From a virus, in the IMG/VR virus record IMGVR_UViG_3300029554_000001: 64,000 nt of DNA; one strand, 5' to 3'. This document shows positions 22,903 through 33,060 of this stretch, piece by piece. The translations under genes were made by a program, and so were the position numbers. The notes beneath the pieces were generated by a model. It ran no database searches. It worked only from the letters and a program-made list of their open reading frames with translations, and was not told the origin of the DNA. Numbering within the stretch: the first letter of the stretch is position 1; every line of letters begins with the position of its first letter.

Positions 22903-24582
22903 ATGGCTGATATTTCTAAAATTAAGCTTGCAAATGGCACTACTGTAACTATTAAGGATGCTCAGGGTCGTGCTGATATGACTACTATTCTTGGTGGTCA
23001 CGCTCTTGAAGCTCTTGGTGCTGCCGCATGGCAAGCTATGGCTGCTAGTATTTCTGATGCTGGTATTGCTGACGCTGCTACTGTTAAGGCTTATGTTGAT
23101 TCTCAGGTTGGTCAGATTCATAACTTTGATGTTGTAATTGACCCTACTGGTACTACCGCTGGTCCTTCTGTAGTTGCTTCTGCCGATACTATGTACAAAA
23201 TTTATCTTGTTCCTTCTGAGGATGCAGCAGCGGGTGGCTATATTGAATATATTACTATTCGTTCTGGCGCAGAGGGTGCTTATACTTACACTTGGGAAGC
23301 TATTGGTAATACAAAGGTAAGCCTTACTGGTTATGTTCCTACTACGACCACTATTGCTACCATTGCTCTCGACCACAATATTACTGTTGCTGAACTTCAG
23401 ACTGCTCTTAAGCTTGGTGCAATGGCCTATGCTGATAAGGCTTCTGGTTCTGGCACTCTTCAGACTATTGACAGTATCACCATGAAGGAAGTTACTGTTG
23501 CTGGTAACGCCGCTGTTACTTCTAAGGCTGCTGATGCTACTCTTACTAAGGCTAACTATACCCCTGCTGGTAAGGTTACTGGCTCGGCAATTTCTGATGG
23601 TTCTATTAATGTTACTTTGAAGGATTCTGCTACTAAGACCGAGGCAACTCTTAGCACCTCTGAGTTCACTCCTGCTGGTACTATCGCCGCTAAGGAGGGT
23701 GGTTCTTTCTCCGCCCTGAAGACTGCTGCTTTTGGTGCTGCTGAGGACGGTGTTCAGATTGAGGGTACTGTCAGTGCTCCTGCAATTTCTCTTACTGCTG
23801 CTGATAAGACTTTTGCTACTGGTTTGACTGGTGGTAAGGCTGCTTCCTTTACTGAGGGTGCTTTTACTCCTGCTGCAATTCAGGACGGTTTCTATACTGC
23901 TGGTAAGGCTGCTGCTTGGACTGGTGCTGATTATACTGCTCCTACCATGGGTGAGGCTTCTAAGGCAAAATTCGCTTCCGAGGGTATTGTTGTCGATGTT
24001 GGTTCTGGTGATGACGCTGAAACTTTGATTTTCTCTGCCGCTGGTACTGCTGATGCTGTTACCGCTCAGGGCGCCTTTAACGCTGGTAATGTCGATTTTG
24101 GTACTTTCAATGGCGGTTCTGCTACTGTTATTGATACTACTAAGTTCTCTGGTGGTTCTAAGGCTGCTGACACCTTCACTCCTAATGAACTTCAGTCCGT
24201 TACTACTGGCAAGGTAAGCGAAGTTTCTGCTGCTGAGCTTGCCAATGCTCCTGTATTCACTGGTAGCAAGTATGCTGTTGCTACTACGGCCGATACCGCT
24301 CTCAAGGATGTTGCCTTCACTGCTACTAATAGTGCTACTATTGTTGACAAGGTTGAGTATGTTAAGCCTGAGATTGATGCTGCTACCTTCACTGGTACTG
24401 CTGCTACTCTTGGCTTTGTTGGTACTGAGGTTGTTGATGCTCTTGTCACTGGTGTTAAGTACGATAAGGCTGATGCTACTGCTGCCTTTAGCGTTGCTGT
24501 CACTCCCGAGACTGACGTTATCACTAAGACTGCTAAGACTGTTGAGATTGAGGTCTCTCCTGTCGCTAAGGCTGGCGAGTAA
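22903..24582 (+). CDS. Ala/Thr/Gly-rich fibre protein with an N-terminal ISKIKL module
   Basis: 559 aa with no TAG. Repeated (F/Y)TPAG motifs and strongly biased composition, which creates spurious overlapping ORFs. Confidence 0.65.
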   Translation: MADISKIKLANGTTVTIKDAQGRADMTTILGGHALEALGAAAWQAMAASISDAGIADAATVKAYVDSQVGQIHNFDVVIDPTGTTAGPSVVASADTMYKIYLVPSEDAAAGGYIEYITIRSGAEGAYTYTWEAIGNTKVSLTGYVPTTTTIATIALDHNITVAELQTALKLGAMAYADKASGSGTLQTIDSITMKEVTVAGNAAVTSKAADATLTKANYTPAGKVTGSAISDGSINVTLKDSATKTEATLSTSEFTPAGTIAAKEGGSFSALKTAAFGAAEDGVQIEGTVSAPAISLTAADKTFATGLTGGKAASFTEGAFTPAAIQDGFYTAGKAAAWTGADYTAPTMGEASKAKFASEGIVVDVGSGDDAETLIFSAAGTADAVTAQGAFNAGNVDFGTFNGGSATVIDTTKFSGGSKAADTFTPNELQSVTTGKVSEVSAAELANAPVFTGSKYAVATTADTALKDVAFTATNSATIVDKVEYVKPEIDAATFTGTAATLGFVGTEVVDALVTGVKYDKADATAAFSVAVTPETDVITKTAKTVEIEVSPVAKAGE

Positions 24583-24621
24583 TTAGGAATTTCAATTACA
24601 AGTAGCTTAAGGAATTAAGCT

Positions 24622-24738
24622 ATGGACATTTCTAAGATAAAGCTTCCAGATGGTTCTACCTATGAGATAAAAGATGAGTATTTGCGTCATGCAATTATGG
24701 TGCTTTTAGGATTAGAAGAACCTAATTCTGAAAAATGA
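24622..24738 (+). CDS. 38-aa stub sharing the ISKIKL N-terminal module
   Basis: MDISKIKLPDGSTYEIKD... matches the N-termini of the 22903 and 25045 genes. Ends in TGA just before a terminator. Confidence 0.35.
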   Translation: MDISKIKLPDGSTYEIKDEYLRHAIMVLLGLEEPNSEK

Positions 24739-24742
24739 TACA

Positions 24743-24780
24743 ATACCGAGAGAGAGATGGAATGTCTTTCTCTCGGTATT
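24743..24780 (+). terminator. rho-independent terminator
   Basis: ATACCGAGAGAG...CTCTCTCGGTAT stem followed by an A/T-rich tract. Confidence 0.65.
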
Positions 24781-25044
24781 AAAACAATAAAAACAATTTT
24801 TTATTATTACAATTTAACAAAGAAACAAAAAGAGCTGTATTTATGAAATCTATCTTTTTAAATTTAGATTTTATAAATATGCTCTTTTTATGTTATATAC
24901 ATACATTTATAATATAAATTGATATACATGTAATATAAGAAGAACATAAAATTAACCTAACCAATTAGTAATACTGGTTAGATTTTTGATTTGTCTACGA
25001 TGTACAGGTGGATAAATTTGAAAAACATTAGAAAGGAGACAATA

Positions 25045-25428
25045 ATGGCTAATATTAGTAAAATCAAATTACCGAATGTGGGTACTCCATATAACATAGC
25101 TGATAGTACTGCTCGTAGTACTGCTGTTCAAGCAGCAACAGATGCTGAAACAGCTCTAACAACTGCTAATGAAGCTAAAACTGCGGCCTCTAATGCCCAA
25201 AGCACTGCTGATAGTAAAACAGCGAATTCTATTACTATGAATGGTAGTTCTAATGCTAATCCTACTTTCTATGCACCAACAACCGCTGGTACAAACGGTT
25301 ATTTTTTAAAAAGCAATGGCTCTGGAGCTCCAACGTGGGAGGCAATGAGTAGTGGTCCAGACATTGTAGTTAGTAGCTCTCAGCCCTCTGGTCAGAAGAA
25401 CGGAGATTTTTGGTATCAAATAGTTTGA
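25045..25428 (+). CDS. fibre-like protein (ISKIKL N-terminus, GDFWYQIV C-terminus)
   Basis: ATG after AAAGGAGA, internal to track ORF 24991..25428. Confidence 0.55.
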   Translation: MANISKIKLPNVGTPYNIADSTARSTAVQAATDAETALTTANEAKTAASNAQSTADSKTANSITMNGSSNANPTFYAPTTAGTNGYFLKSNGSGAPTWEAMSSGPDIVVSSSQPSGQKNGDFWYQIV

Positions 25429-25536
25429 TATAAATTAAAAAGACATTACTATAATTAAATGTAATTCTACTTTCGTTTATTATGGGCGTTTACACGAAAT
25501 TATATTTATTTATAAAGAAAGGAGTGACAGCTTTTA

Positions 25537-25821
25537 ATGGTATTTAGGAAAGAAAAAGTAGTCTTTACCGCTGGTGGAATAAGAGAATTTCATGTTCCAT
25601 CCTCAGTTAGCATGGTTAAGCTTGAAGTTAAATCTGGAAGCGTAACGGTAGAAGGAAGGTTAACTCAAGATAGTGACTATGTTTAGATTTCAGGTGTTAA
25701 AGCCGATTTAACTAAGTCAGCGGTCGCTCCCTAGGGAATTACTTCTTTTGAAGTTGCACGGTATCATCAAATACGTTTATCTTATAGCGGTACTGACCCA
25801 GTAATTAGCGTAATGTTATAA
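25537..25821 (+). CDS. hypothetical protein
   Basis: RBS AAAGGAG; two in-frame TAGs; TAA stop. Confidence 0.45.
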
Positions 25822-25835
25822 GGGAGGGCTGAATT

Positions 25836-26423
25836 ATGGCAAACGAAGCTATCTCTAATATTGCTTTACTGTATAGTATGGCAGCGCTATCTGGTGAAGG
25901 TGGTTCGGGCGGTGGAAGTGGTGGAACCGTATCCGTAAAGGTTCATGCTACATATACTATAGAATCCACAGAAGAAGCGCGAGTAGAAAACGTAGGTACA
26001 GAAAAAGAAGTACAACTTGATTTTTATATTCCTAGGGGATTAGATGGAAAATCCTCTTAGTGGTACATTTCTGATGGCAAACCTCGGTCTGCTGTCGAGG
26101 GAAGTACAGAGGGAGATTTAATTTTATATACTACAGGAGATGTTTATAAAGTAATAAATGGAGTTCCTGTAGACCAGCATCTTAGTTTAAATGTAGGACA
26201 AAGTGATGGTCCATACACTTATGCTGTAAAAGCTGGATTCAAAGGTAGTGAAGAAAAATTCCAAGAACTCTGGTTAGCATCGTTAAATAGTGGATATACC
26301 AACTCCATACTGGACGGTGGCGAAAGCGATTTCTCTGAATTTAATGTTCAGAATGACGGCGGTGAAGGAGACAGCAAGACTCATCATCTCAGAGTAGACG
26401 GAATAAATGAATTGGACGATTGA
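25836..26423 (+). CDS. hypothetical structural protein with a Gly-rich linker
   Basis: Track ORF 25836..26060 continues through a TAG to TGA at 26421-26423. Confidence 0.5.
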
Positions 26424-26790
26424 TAAGTGACTGTGTAATTGTTCTATGAAGGCATGAGGTACAGATAAGTACAGTTTTGAAGTCTGAGAACAATAAGCAC
26501 GAATCTTTCGATGAACAAGTATTTATATATTGAGTAAGAATAGTTAGATATTTTTAACAATTGTTAAGAATTAAAAACGTGATTTTATTTGGTTATAAAC
26601 CACAAGATATAGGGGTGTTAATTTTACAACAATACCATATATGGTAGTCATCGCGTCTGACAATTTCTTGCTCAAAAATATTTGTATTATTATTTATAAA
26701 CCTATGAATATAGTAGGTTTGTTTGTGTATTCTTATACACGCAAAGCCCATTACACAGGGGCTTTAATATTAATGGGAGACCTCCAATTA

Positions 26791-26806
26791 TGCAAGAAAT
26801 CTTGCA
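26791..26806. repeat. left copy of the 16-bp site TGCAAGA-AA-TCTTGCA
   Basis: 7-bp perfect inverted arms around a central AA. It is the exact reverse complement of the site at 33061-33076. Confidence 0.6.
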
Positions 26807-26868
26807 GAAATAGGGCATGATTGGGGGTAAATAGATGCGTTTTCGTTGCAGGAAAACGCCGATTAAAC

Positions 26869-27354
26869 ATGAGTGTTCAAGTTGTTAACTCTGGAGGGTC
26901 TGACCCGAAATTGGGCGCATTCAGTGTAAAGTCAACGAAAATAATAGCAACATAGCTCGCTTCTTCATATAATCTTGAGGGTTTTAGTCAAGTAACCGTG
27001 AATCCAGTACAAATTTATAATGTAATTAGCACCGCAACTTATAGCACAGACGCATGGAATTCTTATAAAGCAACATGTACTCTTCCATATTAGGTGACTA
27101 AAAACTCAATTTGGCGGATTTTTTGGAGCTTTTGGGGAAAGGTAACTGTTTCTTCCTATGAAACAAACCAAGTTTGTGGTATTTTCATCCCTGACTCAAA
27201 TATTAATATATCTGTTATGAGTTGGGGCAGTATGGGGTTTAATTCCATTTATATGGCTAATGGATATACCAATAGTTTTACTATAAATGTAGTCAATAAC
27301 GGTACAATGTAGGTAGAAAGTGGCAATAACACCTTTGTTTATGTAATATATTAA
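26869..27354 (+). CDS. MSVQV-family cassette protein E (putative receptor-binding / fibre tip)
   Basis: MSVQVVNSGGSDPKL...; three in-frame TAGs; no SD sequence. Confidence 0.55.
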
Positions 27355-27375
27355 CGTTGCGTCCAATTGCCAATA

Positions 27376-27660
27376 TGCGTGTCAGTTCAGGTAGTCAATT
27401 TTAGTGGAGCTGGAGCGGATGAAATTTTAACTATTAATGATATTGAGCCAAGTGGTAGTATGCGTTCTTTTACTAGTAAAAACGGAGGGTACAGTAAAGT
27501 TATTATTCCAAAAAGTACACTTCCTCTTTTTTCTTTGGTTAATAGTTATTCTAATAACAATATTAATTATTCTAGTCTTTTATGCAATATAACAGAAAAT
27601 AATTATATTGTCATTCGGTCATACGGTGACTGTTATTGCTTTTTTAATAATAAATTATAG
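27376..27660 (+). CDS. MSVQV-family cassette protein F (short)
   Basis: GTG start giving (M)SVQVVNFSGAG...; no SD sequence. Confidence 0.45.
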   Translation, partial: CVSVQVVNFSGAGADEILTINDIEPSGSMRSFTSKNGGYSKVIIPKSTLPLFSLVNSYSNNNINYSSLLCNITENNYIVIRSYGDCYCFFNNKL

Positions 27661-27681
27661 CTTACAAAACTGTCTAATGAA

Positions 27682-28449
27682 ATGCCAGAAATAAAAGATA
27701 TTTCAGCATGGATTTATGGTCAAGCAGTAGCATTTGGAAATGGTAAAATTGTTATTACATTAAGGATGTCTCCTTTTAGTGGAGGAGATAGTGAATATCT
27801 CGGAATAGTTATTTTTAATTATAATTCTTCTACTGGTTTTTCTTTTTACAAAAGTTATAAACATACATCATTAGGTGGACAAGGAATACACCGCCTTTGT
27901 TATTTTAATAATAAATTTTATATGTCTGTTGATTCAACTTATAAATTATACTCTTCCAACAACGGGGAAAATTTTTCAGAAGTATCCGCAATTACTGAAA
28001 ATTGTTTAAATTTAGATTGCAATTCTTCTTATTTGTTTGTCAGAACACCATATGGGCTAAATTATTCTACTGATGGAACCTCGTTTTCTTTGTTAAGTAA
28101 TACTAATAATATGTATATTAATAATGTAATTTGTAGCGATATTGTTGCCGTAGAAGTGAGAGAAAACGACATGTCTGTGTGGAAACAATTTCAAAATGGA
28201 ACTTTAACTAATATTTTATATTCATACAATGGATATTACCATGAATTTAGATAGTATGGGAATTATTAGTTAATATTTATTACAAATCAATATTTTTTAA
28301 TAATTAAAAACAAAAATACTGGCGAATCAATACAAAAAAATTATATGTATGGCAATTTTGCTACAACTCCTGTAATAAATAATAAAATTTTTTTTGCTTA
28401 TGGTTCCAGAGGAATATCAGTGTTAGATTTAAGCTTTATGCAAATATAA
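27682..28449 (+). CDS. hypothetical protein, possibly a beta-propeller-like repeat protein
   Basis: Track ORF 27682..28254 extends through two TAGs to TAA at 28447-28449. Recurrent Y.S.(N/D)G..F segments. Confidence 0.5.
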
Positions 28450-28471
28450 TGTAGCAATAAAATGCCAGTAT

Positions 28472-29113
28472 GTGAGCGTACAGGTAAAATCATCAGGTTC
28501 ATCACCAACATTGCAATCTCGTACTGTTACTCCTTCAAGTTCTACTCAATATATTACACCTCAAAGTCGGTATGACGCTTTGAATTAGGTTACTGTATAG
28601 GGAGATAGTAATTTGGTTAGCTCTAATATTAAGAGTGGCGTTAGTATATTTGGAGTTAGTGGAAGTTTAACACAAGGGAAACAAGTTTTTGTAACAAATA
28701 ATTCTAATGCCTCTACTGCTATGTAGGAAAACATTACTTTTACATTTGATTATAATTTAGCACAATTTTCTAGCAGTATTCCTTATTATATAGGAGTAAA
28801 CCGTCAAGCGGCTGCATCGTTTGTTCGGTCAACAAGCCCAGATGATTTAACAGTTGAAAGTTTTTCTTACTTAGGATTTGAAGTTTCTCCTTATGTAACG
28901 GGGTGTTTATTAACAACAGTAGCTCAATATAATCCACAAACAACTTACATTGAAACTCATATTATAGGACGGACTCTAAACTCTTTAGAATGGACAATAA
29001 ATAATTACACTTTAACTTTAAAAATAGCAAATTACACTCCTTCTACAAAATTGTTATTTTTAGATAATAAACTTACTAAAAATTCTTCTTATATATGTAC
29101 ATTAATTTTTTAA
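28472..29113 (+). CDS. MSVQV-family cassette protein G
   Basis: GTG start; (M)SVQVKSSGSSPTLQSRTVTPSSSTQYITPQSRYDALN-TAG-VTV-TAG-GDSNLVSSNIKSGVSIFGVSG. Confidence 0.55.
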
Positions 29114-29137
29114 TTTGAAAGGAGGAATATACGACAT

Positions 29138-29461
29138 ATGGCAACAACTAAAAACATTCTCATGAAGCAAAAAAATTCTTCTGATTATGATACTATTTAT
29201 CCTATTACAGAAGAAACTTATACAAATGTTACCATGACTAGTGGCGGTTGGAGTAGCTCTTAGTATAGCTTTGAGGATACTTATCCTAATGCAAAGTATA
29301 ATATTTCTGTATCCGTGGCAAGTACGGCAAGTTCTGCTCAATTCGATGCTTTCGGTAAAGCTAAAATTGTTGGTAATGCAACTACTAATGTCGTTAAAGC
29401 TTTGGGAACAGTTCCTACTGTTGATATACCTGTAATGTTAAAGATTACTAGGAAGGGTTAA
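29138..29461 (+). CDS. small protein S1, paralogue of S2
   Basis: Strong RBS GAAAGGAGG. ...VASTASSAQFDAFGKAKI... aligns with S2. Confidence 0.6.
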
Positions 29462-29546
29462 GATTTTTTGGGTTTTTAATATTACTTTGCAAACTATAGT
29501 TTTAAAAATGATACTATAGTTTAATTAAAATTTTAATTAAATTATA

Positions 29547-29589
29547 AAGCCTAGGAGTTATTGTTCTTGCGATGGTAACTCTTAGGCTT
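29547..29589. terminator. bidirectional hairpin between the convergent cassette blocks
   Basis: AAGCCTAGGAGTTA ... TAACTCTTAGGCTT. A 20-nt perfect palindrome TTAATTAAAATTTTAATTAA lies at 29521-29540. Confidence 0.5.
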
Positions 29590-29623
29590 GAAAAATAAAT
29601 AATAAACAAGTAATTTAAAGATA

Positions 29624-30364
29624 TTAATTTGTTACTATGGCATATAAATAAGTCATTTCTCCTCCAAATGTATAATACCCAGAATAATTCACCGTAAGAA
29701 TACCATCTGATAATTGATAACTAAATTCTATTCCAAAGGATATTGCCTCATCCCGTTTTGCCATAAAAAATTTATTAGAACCTGAAACAACAGAAGAATA
29801 ACCAGCTACTATAAGTTCTCCATCATAAGGTTTTTCTTGCGCTAAAAGTACAACAAATAATATATTTTCATTAGAAGTAATGCCAGAAACGGGAATTGTC
29901 AAACTTGTTGAGCTATTACTATTAAAATAGGCTCCGTAATATCCTTTTTGTCCAGTTCCGCCACTAGATAGACTTCCATTCACGCCAAATATACTAATAC
30001 CAGATTTAATATTTTCTGAGATTAGATTGGAATCTCCATACACATACACCCCACTTAATCCACTATATCCAGAAGAAGGTGTAATGTTTTGCGGGTAAGA
30101 AGCGGGAGTTACATATTGGGTTGATTGATTATTTGTTCTGGCTGTAACAGAAGATAGTCCACTATACCCTGAATCTGGAGACACTGTGGCAGAACTTGAA
30201 GAAAGAGTTACAGATTTACTCTGTAAATTAGGTTTTACAGTTATAGAAGACATTCCATCATAACCAGATTGCGGTGAAAATGTAGTTGCTGAGGTAGATG
30301 TAAGACTAACGCTTCTTGATTGAAGATTAGCTCCTCCACCTTGAGTAAGGACTTCTACGCTCAT
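29624..30364 (-). CDS. MSVQV-family cassette protein D, with three tandem LQSK..GYDGLS repeats
   Basis: MSVEVLTQGGGANLQSRSV...SGYDGMSSITV / NLQSKSV...SGYSGLSSVT / ...SGYSGLSGVYVYGDSNLISENIKSGISIFGVNG. Its ATG overlaps the S2 stop (ATGA). Confidence 0.7.
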   Translation of the reverse strand: MSVEVLTQGGGANLQSRSVSLTSTSATTFSPQSGYDGMSSITVKPNLQSKSVTLSSSSATVSPDSGYSGLSSVTARTNNQSTQYVTPASYPQNITPSSGYSGLSGVYVYGDSNLISENIKSGISIFGVNGSLSSGGTGQKGYYGAYFNSNSSTSLTIPVSGITSNENILFVVLLAQEKPYDGELIVAGYSSVVSGSNKFFMAKRDEAISFGIEFSYQLSDGILTVNYSGYYTFGGEMTYLYAIVTN

Positions 30365-30690
30365 ACTTTATTCACCACCTTTAAAACAACGGGAATGTCT
30401 GTTGAGATTGGAACTGTGCCTAAAGCTTTAATTGTATTAGAAGTAGATGAACTTCCAATTTTAGCCTTTGTAAAAGCATCAAACTATGTAGATGTAGCTG
30501 TAGATGATACAGAGATGGATAAATTATATTTGGAATTCGGATAGTCGGATTCAAAACTATATGCTCCACTTGACCAAGATGCTCCATAGAGTGTGTAATT
30601 AACATATTGAACTGGTGGGCTGAATGGATATAATTTATCGTAAGACCGAGAATCATTCTTCTGTTGGATGAGAACATTCTTGTCAGCCAT
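30361..30690 (-). CDS. small protein S2, paralogue of S1
   Basis: RBS GAAAGGAG. Track ORF 30484..30690 continues through TAG (rc of 30484-30486) to TGA. Confidence 0.6.
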
Positions 30691-30856
30691 AATTGACTCC
30701 TTTCTATGTATATAAGTATAGAATTAAAAAGTATTATTAGTTTGATAGTTTTTAATTTTATAATATTAAATGCATATATTAAAATAAATGATATTAATGG
30801 GAAAACAGGTGCGTTTTGTGCTATATTTAATTGGGCAGTTTAAAGCAACTCATCTT

Positions 30857-31474
30857 TTAAATAAATAAAGTCATTTCAACCTAGCTCGCTGTTATTGTAT
30901 TGTAATACCAAGTATTATAAATTCCCCTACTTTCAAAACTAAGTATTATACCATTATCAGTAAGCTATCCCCGTTTGTATATGACAGACATAATAGCTTG
31001 TAAATTAGTATAACTATAATCATATAAGGGATAATTGGTATATATTCCCGATGGTGTTAAATTTCCAGTGCCAGAATCATTATACAACCCACAATTAATA
31101 CCAGAATACATTAATATTCCACTTTTTATTGGAGAGCTTGGAAAAGCCACAAATAGAGCAATCCCGCACAATTTCTTAATATATGATAAATAACTATTAT
31201 CCCAAGCATATTGATAGTTACTACCCGTTGATTGAGTTCCATTATTAAAGTTTAATGTTGGGGTTTTATAATAATTAGACCCATCATAAGTAAAAGTAAC
31301 GTTCTTAAAAGAGAAAAACGTATAGCCATAACTATTACTCTATAAACTAACACTAGATAAACCATCATAACCAGAATCAGGTTGTATAAATTGCGAATAT
31401 AAAAAACTAGAGTATGCTACTTTTGATTGTAATTTAGGTTCAGAACCACCAGAACTAGCAACCTAAACACTCAT
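30857..31474 (-). CDS. MSVQV-family cassette protein C
   Basis: ATG AGT GTT TAG GTT gives MSV-TAG-V. Includes ...QPDSGYDGLSSVSL... and four in-frame TAGs. Confidence 0.55.
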
Positions 31475-31502
31475 TTAGATTTAGGCATTAATAGACAACT
31501 AT

Positions 31503-32171
31503 TTATATATAAAAATAAGCAGTTCCTGTTCTTTGAAGAGAAGAAAAATTGGCAAATTGCTAATACATATCAGTAGACATACCCCAAGAAAATGACAAAG
31601 TAGAAGAGGGCAAAGAAGAAATGGATATGCCTGTATCAAGTCCGTAATAAACAGTCGTATTATTGTTAATAGTAGCATTAATACCACAATTTCCAGAATG
31701 GATTGCCGTGAGAATCGAACCTGACTCTATCCAAGCAACATCCCATTCACAAGCATAAAAACCAAATGCACTAAAGCTTGTACTATTACTTTGTTGCCAC
31801 AATGAAATTGTAGCAGCATAGACAAAAGGGAAATAAGAAGTTGTGAAAGAATAAGGAATAGGTATAGATATAGAAACCATATACATCTATCCAAACCGAT
31901 TTAAATTTTCTTGCTAAACTGTTTCTTGCGAAGAAGTCCAAGATAAATCTGTTTTCAGTTTTTCTACTCCTTTGTAATTACCTATCACACCAAAAATATT
32001 CACATCAGATTTAATATTACTACTAATCAAGTTACTACTTCCGTTTATAGTGACCTGACTTAATCCATCGTAACTTGAATCAGGCTTTATATATTGTGTA
32101 CTTGAGGATGGTGTAATAGTTTTAGACTATAACTGAGGACTTCCACCAATTGTTTTTACCTAAATAGACAC
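31503..32171 (-). CDS. MSVQV-family cassette protein B
   Basis: GTG TCT ATT TAG GTA start. ...SPQL-TAG-SKTITPSSSTQYIKPDSSYDGLSQVTINGSSNLISSNIKSDVNIFGV... Confidence 0.55.
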
Positions 32172-32208
32172 ATCTTGGGCGTTAAAATGCTTCTTTTATA
32201 TTTTAAAA

Positions 32209-32832
32209 TTAAATTATTTTAAATAAATAGCAATCTGTAAGAGTGTAAGTATTCCAAACGAAAGCTCTAAAATAAGAGCCAAGCGCCCACAATCTGTATT
32301 GAATTGTCATGCCAGTAGAAGAAATAGCGGTTATTTTATTTTCATCGTCATGAGCAAAACCCCAAATTGGGTCAACAATATTGAAATCGCCTGTGGAGGG
32401 AGTATATTCTCCTAAATAAAACCGATAATAATTTTGTGTATTTGGCATAGATAATTTAGTAGTATTATTAATATTATTATATTTAAAATAATATTGGTAA
32501 AAAATCTAAAATCTACTTGAGGTACTTTCAGAAGAATATCCCAATAAAAATTGGAGTAAATAATTTCTATTCTCCCAATTTTGGTTCTAATAAAAAGAAA
32601 CGGACAAAGTAGACAATGCGGTATTTCCAGATGCTTGTTCTACTTTTAAAGTGGTTGGAGATTTCACAAATAAATTTTCATATGTTATAGAATTTGTATA
32701 AGCAGAAACAATAACGTTACTTAATCCATCATATCCAGAATCAGCCGTAATGGTCTAGCTATATGTCTAAGGAGATACGGTTTTACTTTGTAATTTGGGA
32801 GAACTGCCTGTAGAAAGACATTGTATGCTCAA
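32209..32832 (-). CDS. MSVQV-family cassette protein A
   Basis: TTG start; (M)SIQCLSTGSSPKLQSKTVSP-TAG-TYS-TAG-TITADSGYDGLSNVIV... Confidence 0.5.
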
Positions 32833-32939
32833 TTATTTGGCATTTGGAAGCAACATGCTTTTTGAGAATTGTTTTGAGAACCTAAATTAAAAAAATTTAG
32901 ATTTTCAAAAGACCGCTCAAATACGCCCACTTTACTTAA

Positions 32940-33060
32940 GTAAAGCTGTTGCGTTAGCATCGAAAAATGCAACAAAAAAGATGCAAGTTGCGCGAAATTC
33001 TCAATTAAATGCAACTTTGAGAAAAATGTGATTTGTTGCACGAAACACCATCAAAAAATG
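32940..33060. promoter_or_regulatory. cluster of TGCAAC/GTTGCA and TTGAGAA half-sites
   Basis: GTTGC-16nt-GCAAC, TGCAAG-TTGCG, TGCAAC-22nt-GTTGCA, plus ATTCTCAA/TTGAGAA repeats, all next to the right 16-bp site. Confidence 0.4.

Noticed and set aside
22882-24586. Several overlapping ORFs (22882..23376 -, 23831..24028 +, 24192..24524 -, 24239..24586 +)
   Set aside because: All lie inside the GCT/ACT/GGT-rich fibre gene 22903..24582, and their L/S/R-rich products are typical off-frame translations.
24831-24890. A long imperfect hairpin after the fibre-region terminator, as a second terminator or small RNA
   Set aside because: The stem is AT-rich and imperfect with no clear U-tract, so the evidence is insufficient.
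26801-26830. The CTTGCA arm of the 16-bp site acting as a -35 element of a shared promoter
   Set aside because: The best downstream TAAATA-like boxes lie at different distances in the two copies (about 22 and 27 nt). There is no TGn-extended -10 like those in the three convincing promoters.
26869-32832. A diversity-generating retroelement as the source of cassette variation
   Set aside because: There is no reverse transcriptase gene in the window and no near-identical template/variable repeat pair. The cassettes differ throughout their C-terminal halves rather than at adenine-specific positions.
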